Shown here: in pieces, positions 1 through 12,100 of the stretch
Numbering within the stretch: the first letter of the stretch is position 1
How the letters are laid out: each line of letters starts with the position of its first letter
NCBI RefSeq assembly: GCF_002571385.2
Contig: NW_019217784.1
Coordinates: forward strand, 1,252,785 to 1,316,784
DNA length: 64,000 nucleotides
Direction: 5' to 3'
From: Stylophora pistillata
Lineage: Eukaryota
Position numbers and translations under genes: made by a program
Notes under the pieces: model-generated
What the model was told of the DNA's origin: nothing
The model's input: only the letters and a program-made list of their open reading frames with translations
Database searches by the model: none

Positions 1-557
1 TTGGCTCCCTCAGGTGAGAGATAGTCTCCCCACAAAAATTCCTCTGAGAAAGCTGGGTCCCAATTATAAAGTTCTTCGATTTATAGTTTATTTTAGGTAC
101 TGTGAGATGTATTAGGAAAATGAGGAAACTTTCCTGACATTCAATATTTCTGCATTATCTTTACAGAAGAAATGTATTAAAGATTCAGATTTTCTTCGAA
201 GAACTTAACGTTGAAATGATAAAGGAACAGAAGTCATACGGAGTGAGTAGAATTCTTTTCCTCATTTCATTCATATTTCTGACTGTTTAAGTCTTCCAAG
301 GTATGAAATATTCATACTAGTACCGATAGTTAACCACTAATCAAATTAGTTTTTAATCAAACATCATTTTTTTTTACTCGTTTTAACAGATTGCAGATTT
401 CGCGTCTGACATTGGTGGCCAGCTTGGTTTATGGATCGGTTTTTCTGTGCTGACAATAGCTGAGTTCATCGAATTCATCATGTTATTGTTTGCTCATCTT
501 GCCCAAAAGCGTACATCGCGAAGCAAAGTCAAGTCAACCACAATGGAAATGAATTGA
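1..557 (+). CDS. DEG/ENaC channel subunit, paralog A (3' end only; exons ..13, 167-242, 390-557)
   Basis: GT-AG spliced exons translate to RNVLKIQIFFEELNVEMIKEQKSYG / IADFASDIGGQLGLWIGFSVLTIAEFIEF...EMN* (TGA 555-557): the beta11-beta12 region and TM2 with the DxGG and G-x-S motifs. Confidence 0.9.
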
Positions 558-1319
558 AAAAACTCAATCGAGAGCAACCATGATACTAAGCATGCGTACA
601 TTAATCATAATCCTAATCATATGTTATTATATGCAGTCAAGGGTTTTATAAGCTAAGATGCAGAACGCACTGATCTCGGGCGTCAAAGCTTCCAAAAATA
701 GAATCATATAAAGGATAAGGGGATTTAGAATCACTGCCTAAGTGAAAGAAAAAAAAAATTTTTCTTAGAATAAACTGAAAAAGGTATGTTGACTTCGTAT
801 CTTTTAGAAAACAATATATTTAAACTTATATATGTAACTCAAGTAGTTATTAGATGGGCTGAGGCAGGTTAGGATTTGAAATTGGCGGAAATGTGAGCCA
901 TTTATCAGTTTCAACATCATTAATCAGAGAGAGATTTCCTTAAGTAGTTTCTTGTTGGGCTTAAAGCAGTTAATAACATACAAAATGAGGTGGAAATACA
1001 GCCGGTAGTGTTTTTTCGGTTGGTGTTTTATTCCATATAATTTACTATTCATTCAATTCATCCCAATGTTTACAAAAAAAATAGCACTAGAAGAAAAAAC
1101 CACATTCAAAGCAAACTACCCTACGTCTTCTTTATAGCAGAATGCTTAGGCTCCGGGGCGAATGAGGCAACCGTTCATCCTTTAAGTTCTACAATAAATA
1201 TGTAAACTACGTCCTATTTAGTTTACAGTGCTTTGCTACTTTTACACCATTCTAACTGCTATATCTAATTTTCTGCACAAATCTGCGCTAAGGTATCATT
1301 TTTCTACTAGTAGGTAGTA

Positions 1320-4300
1320 TTACTCTGGTTGGAACTTTTCAACAGCGACAGATGTTGACCTGGTATCCATTCCCTTTTTCAGCTTTCGAGCCAGAGAATA
1401 ACATATAAGTAAAATCAGTTCCAAGATCTCTGCAAAGGTCAACACGGACATTCCTATCCAAAGACCAAGCGATCCTCCAAGGTCTGACATAAAACTTGGC
1501 AGCTTCAGACAAACCAAATTTTTGCGGTTATCCCACTTGTAGTAATTATGTATGTAAAAGATAAAATGGCTGCTCTGATCACAAATATAGGATTGCCTGG
1601 TTACACCGCTTTCCAATTGGTGAGTTCAATAATCAACTTATCGTAATTGGTAATACCACATTTCAATCCAGTAATCTTGTCAGTTACAGATCCATAATCA
1701 GATTTGGATCAATGTCAACCTCGCACCCACCCCACCCCAAGCTCAATAACAATCAAGTGAAAACAAGATTAGGTTAAAGATGGTTTAGGGGAGGGGAGGG
1801 GTACGTACGCATTTTCTCAGATATTGAAATTGATGTGCAGATTTATAACTAACCTCATACGCAGGATCCTCCGAAATCACTTCGTAATTCAGTTCTTCAA
1901 AAAATACATTTACTTTGAGAATGTTATGCCTAAAAAAAAAAAGCAATTAAAAGCTTAGGCATTTTACATGTTATTGATTTGAGAATTAGATGTGTAACAT
2001 CATCAATGTAATTTGATTTTAGCGTCCATGATTTTAGCGGTGACTTCGCTGTGAACTGAGTTCCGATAGGAAAGTATAGATACAATGATTATATCTACGA
2101 TCTGATTGTAATTCTACCTGAAGTCACTGGGTCCTCCGTCTACCTCCTTGCTTGTTGCCTTCAATTTTTTTTGATAGGACAGCTAGTAACCGTGGATTGA
2201 AAAGACGAGTAACACTTTTATTTAACCAAGTTTAAGGTCCGCGCTGTATATTATGGACCGTGTGTTTCTTTAGACACGAATCAAAGAGGAAAAAGCAAGG
2301 ATACGTCACTCAGACCACACTTACTAAATTGACCATTCACGGCGTTTGTAGTCATCGAGAGATTTGATCACAGATTATCATTTTTTGAAAACTGAAAGGA
2401 CCTTAGAATGGGTTGTAAGGAAATGAATTTATAAACACTCTGGTAGGATAACACACATATATAATTAACATCTGAAAAGTCTTTCATGTGATGTAAGTCA
2501 TTTTAGTAAAGTGGCTAATTAAAACGTCTTCTTGGAATTTGGGTATTTGATATTCCACAAAGTAAAACCCTGAAAAATAGAAAATTAAATTTTTTTTTCA
2601 AGGTTGAATTAAAAAAAATTCGGTTCGAAAATTAAGAAAAATAGAGGATACTTCTTAGAATATGTAAGTTCCAAATGTACCAACCTGCGAACTGTTGGTT
2701 GGCCACAACGAGTAAGATGTAGTAAGTTTGAATGTGCTCTCCCTAAAATTTATTCAGATTCGAAATGAAACCATGAAGTGTGCCCTAAAAATTGTATCTA
2801 GTAACTTAAAATAGTTATCCTACTGAAGTTCAAGTTTTTTTTAGAGAAATTACTAAACAACAAGGAAAACAAATCAACAAAAAATAAACTGGACATAAAC
2901 ATCTTATTATTGACTGAGAATACTTGCAGTTTGGGTTTGCCTTCAGGATTCAAATTGGGTAAATATTTTTTTCTTACTTGCAAGGTGGAGGACATGACCG
3001 GGAACAATCCAGATGTCCTCTGCTAAAGTAGTCTATCACTCTTCTGACACATGCTTCTAGAAATAGTTAATGTGACATCACGTCAAACTTATATGGCTGT
3101 ACATGTATTGGGAGCAAAAGATTTAGGTTTATACTTTAGATATCGTTGTTACCTTCAAAAAAGGGATCGTGCCCAGGAATTTATGTCTATGCCAACACAG
3201 CAAACCTTTTTTTTTCTTTACAGGGAAGGTAGGGGCAGGAGGGGATTCGGTGCTTGAGAAAGGACACTGGTGCATAGAAATAGCGTTTTAAATATCTTAC
3301 GAATTATTTCATGGAATTGCTTACTATCTGTTTTATTGGAAGTTTCACAGAAACGTGTAGAATTCGGCCTTGGAAATTTGTATTCAACGCATCCGCACTT
3401 TTCTTGTTGCTTTCGTGCCCAGCAGGTCTTTTTGCATGCCTGAAAATATGAAGTAAAAAATGGGAAAAAATAAGAAAAGATTAAGTGGGCAGGAAGGAGG
3501 ATGATGTGATTGTATGTTTAGATTTACTTCATTATCAGTTGAGAACACTGAATCAGTTGAGTTATAAAGCAGTGCATATGAAGATAACTAGCTGTAGGAT
3601 AACATTTTACGAAGAAAATTAATAAAACCGAACCCAAATGGCAAAAAAAGCAAAACAATAAAAACAAAATGAAGATATTCAATATCACATACAGTGGTTG
3701 AATAGCCCACTTCCATTGTATCTCTGTAAAGGTTTATGCTGTCAGGGGGAGAGTCGTTCATACAGGAGTTGTTCCAAAAAGGATCCGATCGTTTAATAAC
3801 AACCTTGAAAAAAGAATATAAGCATTCAATGAGAAGACAACTCCATATGCACAGGAAAAAGAAAGCTTTCTTCTATCTCTGAATGCCTGGCACATATCCC
3901 TTTTGCTTCGACAGGTCGATGGAAATGGCATTGAAAAGTATCATGTAATACTATCAAGCTAAGACTCCATGGTTGCTTGCACGGAAAAAACGAAAAACAA
4001 ACAAACAAACTAACTAGAAGCTAATCAAACAAAGTGCGGAGGATGACGAGGAAAGGATAAAGGGGATTATCTGAAATATGATTTGCATTTAATAGGTGAG
4101 AAATTTGAAATTAAATTCAGTTTTCTTTCAGAGTGGATGTAATGCTTTTGGTGGCGAGTCTCATTTAAATAATAACTTTCACAAATGTTCAACAGATGAA
4201 ACCTTCCTCATTCCAATAGATGTGGCATATCCTGGTGCAAGACTCAGTCCCTTCTCGAGGGGAAATGGCATTTCCCCTTGATCTGAGATGTCAATTCGCA

Positions 4301-6853
4301 CTCCTGCCTCTTGTGTTAGGGATCCAATGTACTGACCTTGCTCGATGTTTAGCTCAAGACTAAGCCCTTAATGAGACAAAAAGGAAAATTCTTATTGCCA
4401 CCCAAGTTTTAAATTTTTTTATTCATACATGAAACAAATACTGAGTTGCCAAAGCACCAGACGTAAATATAAAAGTAATGTTTTATTTTTTCGCCAGTGA
4501 GACAACCAATCCCGAGGGAAGTACATTTCAAGCGTTCTCGTTGGGAGTTGAAATTGTGGCTAATGCTTTCTGATTGGCTTCTACCTCTGATCGAAAAATG
4601 AAACATCTTTCACTAACAATCACTCTGCTAAAACTTTTTTACCTTCTTTAATTTTATTAAGTCATGTCTAGTTATTTTGAAAAGTTTTGGAGAGCATTTG
4701 GGAATGACTTCCACAGCATATCAGAGGGAAAGCTATCTTTCGATTAATTAGGCCTAAATATCAAACACTGACAAACCGAAAAATGGGCCCGTTTCGCTTG
4801 AATTAAACAATATGGTTCTCTCTCCTTGATCATTGTATCCTCCATTGAAAATGTAGCAATTCCCGTATGCATAATGCCAAAAACGATTCCAGTATCTTCT
4901 GGTATGATTCCTGAATCAAAAGATCAAAGCAATTTTACAATACGTTTAATGAAGGAGAGTTACGATCTTTTTAAAATATTTTCTCTCTTCGAGCTGTAAC
5001 GTCAGTAATATACGCAAAAGACCTTTTGAAAAATAGTTAAAAAGCTGCCTAATGAGCTTAAAATTCGTAATCTTTGTTAAAAGATTCTTAACCTGAATTC
5101 TCCAGTAATTCTTAGAATGATGATTCACTCGTGACCTATGAATAGGGAGCATATTGAATTTAATTAATAAAGAGGGTGACTTACACACAGTTGATTCCAC
5201 GAAAGGAGCAATAAATCATAAAGTCTTCAAACTGATGGCCTAACTCTGCGAGATCATGATGAATATTTGTTTTGGCTATTTTGGTCATAAGTTTTTCTAT
5301 CCTTATAAATTTTGCATCCTCTTCCTCGTCATCTTCCTCTTCAGGTTTTGATTCTGAAAGAATGATAATATTCAAGTCTCATTTGAATTTCTAAATATTA
5401 ATTTCTTTATATCATGTCCTTTCCATAGTGCAAGAGTACTTTGGTGAAAATTTTCTTTTCCAATGTGCACGGTTTTAATCTTTACAAGTTAACTAGTTTA
5501 GTAAATCTCCTGTTGCTTCGCTTTTGTACTTACTTTCGCCATCTTCATCTTCCTCGTTATATTTTTCTTCAGGTTCTGCTGATAAAATTAAAGTCTCGTT
5601 TGAATTTTTGAACATCTCTCTCTTTATGTCATTTCCTTTCCATAGTTCAAGAGCACTTTTAATCTTTACAAGTTAACTAGTTCAGTAAATCTCCTGTTAC
5701 TTAGCTTTTGTACTTACTTTCGCCATCTTCATCATCCTCGTTATGTTCCTCTTCAGGTTCTGCTGTTGAAAGAATGATAATATTCAAGTCTCATTGGAAT
5801 GTTAGAATATCTCTTTCCCCATGTACAACAGTACTTTGGTGAAAATTTTCTTTTCGAATATGGATGGTTTTAATCTTTACAAGTTAAATAGCTCAGTAAA
5901 TAGCCAGTTGCATCGCTTTTGTACTTACAGTTCAACCAATCTGTTCCTTTCATCTCTCTTCTAAGTGCTTTGGCGGCAGTAGATTCCCAGTCTTTTACTG
6001 GATCGAGTCTCAAAGAGTTCATGTCGCAAACTGTTATGGCAGGGAACGTCAAATCCTAAGTTAAATAAGAAAACAGAAAAGATTAGCTGAACAACCGTTA
6101 AGAATATCCAAGCATTTCACGCAGAATTTCTCTTGCATTCGTTAACTTCTCGAACGTGCACGCCACACATCTTTTTCGTGGTACAAGTGGAAAAGGGGTG
6201 GTAGAACTTTTTGCTTTTCCTGGGGAATTTGCTTCGTTCAAGCATTACAAGGCTACATTGGAATCCTGACTAACACGTTTGATGGCGTCATATAGGGTTA
6301 CCCTGACGACCAAATCCACATCAAAATGCTCCAATCCTGTTGATGAACGAGGAATTTTGACTGACGAAAGTCATCTTTCAAGAACTGAGATGATCAAAAC
6401 TTTTTTCAGATCACCAATATCCTTTAATTGTTATGTTGGTGTTGTTAGATAGATTATACACCAGAAAGGAAGGAGTGAAGAAGTGAAAGCATAACACACT
6501 TGAACAAATAGCAAACAAACAAAGGGAGAAGAGGAAGCAAAAAAGGATTGAAAAGTTAATAGCTTCCCTTCTGGAAAATTCTATTTTCTATGTCAAAAAG
6601 AAAAAAAAGGTTTTATTACCGAGTCGCGCTCGATGTCAATATGAGTTGCAAGCGGTCGCTTCTGGTAAAGACTGTACAGCTGGTGTATCTGCCATGATGA
6701 AACACCTAACGCACCCAGCATCAAAATTATCCACAAGACTTTTCTGATCCATTCGCGAGAGTTTATAATTCTTTCAGCTCCATGCATTGAGGTGTGTCCA
6801 AAAAAATCGGACAGCAGTACCGAAACAGAAAGACGGTCATTCTTGTTCTCCAT
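1320..6853 (-). CDS. DEG/ENaC channel subunit, paralog B (complete, 14 coding exons, inverted relative to the rest of the cluster)
   Basis: Exon 1 (6853-6620) has the pre-TM1 HG motif (HTSMHG) and TM1. Later exons give FPAITVCDMN, GHQFEDFMIYCSFRG, YGNCYIFN, GLSLELNIEQ...GVRIDI, the thumb cysteines (ACKKTC..CGC..CPPPC), FFEELNY and TM2 MSDLGGSLGLWIGMSVLTFAE. All exons splice in frame. Confidence 0.92.
1706..1834. mobile_element. Degenerate MITE-like repeat in the last intron of paralog B
   Basis: Imperfect inverted ends (atcaatgtcaa ... ttgaaattgat) enclose a C-rich arm (cacccaccccacccc) and a complementary G-rich arm (ggggaggggaggggt). Confidence 0.4.
5355..5928 (-). repeat. Intragenic tandem triplication (~185-bp unit) containing two 45-nt acidic mini-exons (5718-5762 and 5534-5578)
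   Basis: Blocks such as ttttaatctttacaagttaa, cttttgtacttac and aagtctcattt/ggaatt recur three times. Each mini-exon is bounded by ag/gtaagt and reads EPEEEHNEDDEDGE or EPEEKYNEEDEDGE. Confidence 0.85.
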
Positions 6854-9158
6854 TTATTCGAGGTACGACTAACGAAGGCCTGAGAAAAATGATCAGCAAT
6901 ACATCACCGTAGGGAGATCTGCGCTCTAATTATCAATGGTTATATAATTTTCTAAAGACATGAAGAGTTCGAAAACGACTCTTACCAGATGGAATCGACC
7001 AGTCCTCTACATTTAAAGGTGTAAAAGTTTAACCTACGTAGGCAAGGTGCAAAGATGCTTAGAACCACCTCGGTTTGAGCCTCGCTTTCTTAGCTTGCAC
7101 AGCCCGTGTTAAAATGAGAATTTGTTTCTTGATAGTCATCTGTAAGCTGATGATGGCTCCACCTGCTGTTCAATAAAAAAATCATTTAGACTTTGGGAGT
7201 TCCTGTAAATATTTATGGGGAACTCCTACTCATCTGCTGTACGTGTTAATTAAATTTAAAATCGTTCATTGTTTTTTTAGAGATATCTTATCATGAATCA
7301 TGCTGATTCTTATCATGAATCAGCAGGCATTAATTTTCAATAACGTAAGCACTCAAATTTCAAAGAGACCTGATTTCAAAAAACAATATTGTCAACAAAG
7401 TCAACAATCTTCATTGAGTATGTCTTTGATGACGCAAATGACGCAATCGTTTTGTTGAACTTTGATATTATTCCGTTGCCAGGAACTGCTTTTACATTTA
7501 ATCTACAATTTATTTTATTCTTGAAACTGTCCTCTTTGTCATAAACTGCTTCTCAGATTAATCAGCCGATCTTCAGATTTGAAGCAAAATAAAAAGTTTC
7601 ATTTAATAATTATCAGACTTGAATATGATTACTATACACAGAAACCATGTATGGCTTGCATGATCTCAGCCTAAGATTCACTGTGGGTTGCAATCATTCC
7701 TAAAACTTAATTAGAGCCACAGGCGATTACAAGCACTCGAGAAATTTCATTCCTTATAAATAGAGAGAAATTTGTATCACATAGTAAGAATCGAGGTTCC
7801 ATACTAAATGGTTTTTAAAGCAGTGATGTGGGATGTTTTATAATTTTTTATTTGGTATTTGAAGTTCGTTAAGTGAATTTGTTTGGACGCGAGAATATGA
7901 ATTTCCGCTGGGTCTCCGTAATTGTTATTTTTTAATTTTGTTTTCTTTTAATTACATGTCAACAGATCGTCAGTTGTCAATTAATGCTTCCTCGGAGTTT
8001 TACCACACTCTGGAACACCTACTTCCAAATTAACTTTTGAAAAGCTATATAGACATCGACATCATTAAGAAAATGTCAGAAATTATCTTTTATTTAGAAA
8101 TTTCAATTATTCATGTCGTTTTCTCTTATAAAGCGTTGAAACAGTTAACGTTGGAAGAGTGCAAGTTTCATATCTCATAAATGCCAAAGAGAATAGTTTA
8201 CATATCAGGAAATTATTTTGTAATCTTATCGTTTTTGCCTTACCATTAACTTATGATTTCAGTGTCTCCCCCAAACCTTTGCAAGCTTAATTCGTAAAGT
8301 GACACTACAACAAAGCAAAAATTTGGAAAAAATATCACCTGCAACACAAGTTTGATATAATTCATTTTTTGGCACGTTTGTTTTCTTTACTATTTTAACC
8401 AGCTCAAAACAAATATTCTCTAAATAAAGAAGGATTAGGAAGATGATTATCACTGTTTTGAAATGTCAAAGCTCCCTTTGTGAATGAAAACAACAAAAGC
8501 ATGAATATTGAAACAAGAAAAATCAATTGAAGTGTAACAGTCATTGGTATGAACCTCAATTATTCAAAATTATCTCTGCTGTGTGTACACAAGCGAGAAA
8601 TCAAACAGCTGCAAGATCGTTCATGATCGGCCAAGATCAGAATGGAGAAAGTCAAACAGGAATTCTTTAAGGAGTCACAGGTTAGTGTATCGATATTACG
8701 CCTCGCACAATGTGCTTAGAACAGAACCTTAATTGGCATTATTGTTTTAATAAACTAGGTTACTATTTTGGTTTGGATAGATTTTTTCCCATACTATGAA
8801 CGATGAAGGGATAGCTGTTAACCAATTACGAGCAGATTTGTAAGTTGGATTCTGCAGTGAGTCATTTTCCCCCTCAAATCTGACATGGCGATGATGATAG
8901 AGAAGTATGAGTATTAATATATTTTTTTCAAAAAAGGGTTAGTCTCCAAAACGTTAAGGAAATTCTGAAGTTCATTCGTAGCACTCTCATATTTCATTTA
9001 TATCAAATTTTAATAAGGTACCATCGCTTAGAATGAACATCTACTCAGGGAATTGTTTAACGAGACTTTTCGTTAATCACGAAAATATAGCATTTACATT
9101 GTAAATTTACATATCATCATTTTATTTCCAGTAAATACACCCTTCGTTAACTAGAGCG

Positions 9159-12100
9159 ATGGCTACAGGAGAAACAACAGTCGGAGAATTAAGCAGAGTC
9201 AACAAACCTACTAACTCCATTCTCGAAGAGTTTTGTAACGAAACTACTGCACATGGACTGGGACGAATTTTACCTGTGAAAAATAGAATAAGAACAACCA
9301 TCTGGAGTGTTCTATTCATAGGGGCATTTGTGGCATTTACATATCATTTCCATGTCCTTTTTGGTAGACTTAGGACGAATTCTCTCGTAACTGAAATGGA
9401 GGTAGAATCGAAATTGGTAAGTTTTGATTCTGTGCTTGACAAATTCATTAATAATTCATGGTAGCAACAGCCGATAAGTGAGGCAAATTTGAGTCACATG
9501 GATGAACCTTGATACCCAATGAGCATTCCGATGAAAATCATAGGGGTCTTGATCTGACTTCAAACATGGCTTTGATCTCAGATCAAACACTCGTACATGC
9601 GGCTGCGGCCTCGTGCTTCCATCTTTTCCTCGGTGTTTGAAACCCCTGATAAAACACTCTTAATCAATGGTTTCATTCGCTAGCTTTTTAAATTGACCAG
9701 AATAAAGTTTCCGAGTAGCACACTTTACCAACCGTTTTCATACATTACCATACAGTAATTCTTGGACCTTTTGATAACCTGACTTCTGTGCTAACAAATT
9801 AAAGAGAGGCAACATGGGTGCTTTTGCTTTTACAGAGCTTAGATTTTCCAGCGATAACCATATGCAATGCAAATATCATCAAGAACTCCTCCCTTTACAA
9901 CCAAAATATATCCATAAAAGGCAAGTATTCGCGTAAAATTATCAATTATGTCTTTCCATGCTTAAGTAGGACCATAGGGTATTTAAGAGGACTTTAAAGC
10001 GGACTATAATTAACCATCTGACCTCTAAGTTATTTTTTGGATCGTTTTTATATATAATTACAATTAAATCTGTAACTGTCTAGATATATTGCGATGCAAT
10101 TAGAGGATTAAGCACAATATTAGTATGCCTGGTTTAAACAGTAGGACATTTTTACCAAGTTAACACATTTTCATGAAGTTTACACTATACGTTACACCAT
10201 TTCTATACAGACCCAAAGAATTGTCTCTTTTGGGAAAATGTATCCTACCATGGATACGACTCTGAATTCTGGAGAGAAGAGAGCATGCTGGCATGTTTAG
10301 CTGAATTAAATAAGACATTTCTCGCCAAACTGGGTCACCAGTTCAAGGACTTAGTAAGGTCTTGCACTTTCAGAGGGATACCCTGCAGGTACGCTGGTGC
10401 TAATGATCGTAGTGGCTCATCTAGCGATGATACCATGTAAGGTTTATATAGGACTGGTATATCTACAGTGGAAACCAACCTGTTAGCGATTTCTTTCCAA
10501 AATGTAGACATTTTGCCGCCTCATGTGAACTATTAGAGTTTGGGTACTTAAGACGCAACAGTTTTGAAATAACATTTTTAGTTGGGCATATTTAGACATT
10601 TCTACCGTCAATTATCATCACAAGTCGTCTTCGTTTCATTCTAAAATTAAGGCAGTTTTCATCTTCAAGAAGAATCCTTGATATTTATTCTTAAGATAAG
10701 AGAAAAATTCAAAAAAATTGTTTTCTCGAAGCGTTTTAAAGAATCTGTCATCTTTTCAGGGAAGATGCCTCTTTGTGGACACACTTTTGGCATTTCAAAT
10801 TTGGAAATTGCTTCGTATTTAATTTAGGTGGAAAACAAAAGTCTTCAGTTCTTCACCAAACCAAACCTGGAATATCACAAGGTAATATTTGAAGCTAGAT
10901 GAACATATCGTGGAAGGACTTATGCACAAAAATTGTTTGAATCATTTTTGTGGAGTTTCATTGACAAACTCCAGTTCAGATGGTAACTCAACTTGAAAAT
11001 GTCACAAAGCACCTCACTGTAATGATAACGATAACATCGCAGCTGTAGTTGCCTGATCAAACTGGATTGTGTAATGTGATTATGCGTCATTCACTGGCTT
11101 GTGAGGAACTCGAATATCGTAGATATGGCTGATGGTTTGACTGAGTGAGCTTGTTCGATCATTACAAGTCTTCTACTCTGCTTGCTTTAAAGGGCTAATG
11201 TTGGAGATGAATATTCAGCAACAAGAGTACCTTGATACCACATCAGGTGCAGGAGTAAGAGTGGATATCTCAGATCAGGGACAAATGCCTTTTCCGCTGG
11301 AGAGTGGAGTTAGCTTGGCTCCAGGTTTCAGCACAATGATTGGTCTGAAGAAGGTACATACACTAAAAGGCGAATCTCGATACCGACGCAATCCTTTCAT
11401 AGTGAATTACTATTTTTTTCAAACTTCATTTACAGACTATCTTTGAACGAATTGACCCCGCTAACGACGGTAAACGTTGTAGAGAAGGGGACAAATTGAC
11501 CGAGAAAAATTTATACACGGAAATTTTGAACATCTCTTACTCGACAATGGTGAGTAAAAGATGTACATATCCATTCGTAAATTCCCCCAACCATTCAATA
11601 TATGTCTCTACATGCTGTATTCATTCGGCATTGATTCCTCCATCCATACCCTACATGTAGCTATGCATGTTGCATAGATTCGTAAATCAATTTATTTCTC
11701 CATCTATATGGCGATCGATTCAAACTGACATCCCTGCATTCGTGCAACTATGTATCCATTCATCAATGTATCATTCTAGCTACTTCCATTCCTCCACTAA
11801 TCCACTTATCCATCCATAACTCGATTCATAATCCATTCATCTATTTATTTGTCTAACGATCCTTAAATCCACTGATCCGATGACCCTCTCTCCATAATTC
11901 ATGCATGATCCATCGACCATCCATTTATCCAAATTCTCGTACAGCGATCGATTCAATGGTAGATTCACCCTTCTATCTGTCCGTCTATCCATCCATTCAT
12001 TCACCTAATTTATGCAGCGAGTCTATAAGGTATCCATGGCTTGATATGCTACTTGACACCTGAGCTTCAGTCTTGCAGAGAATCTTGCCTGGCCAGAAGT

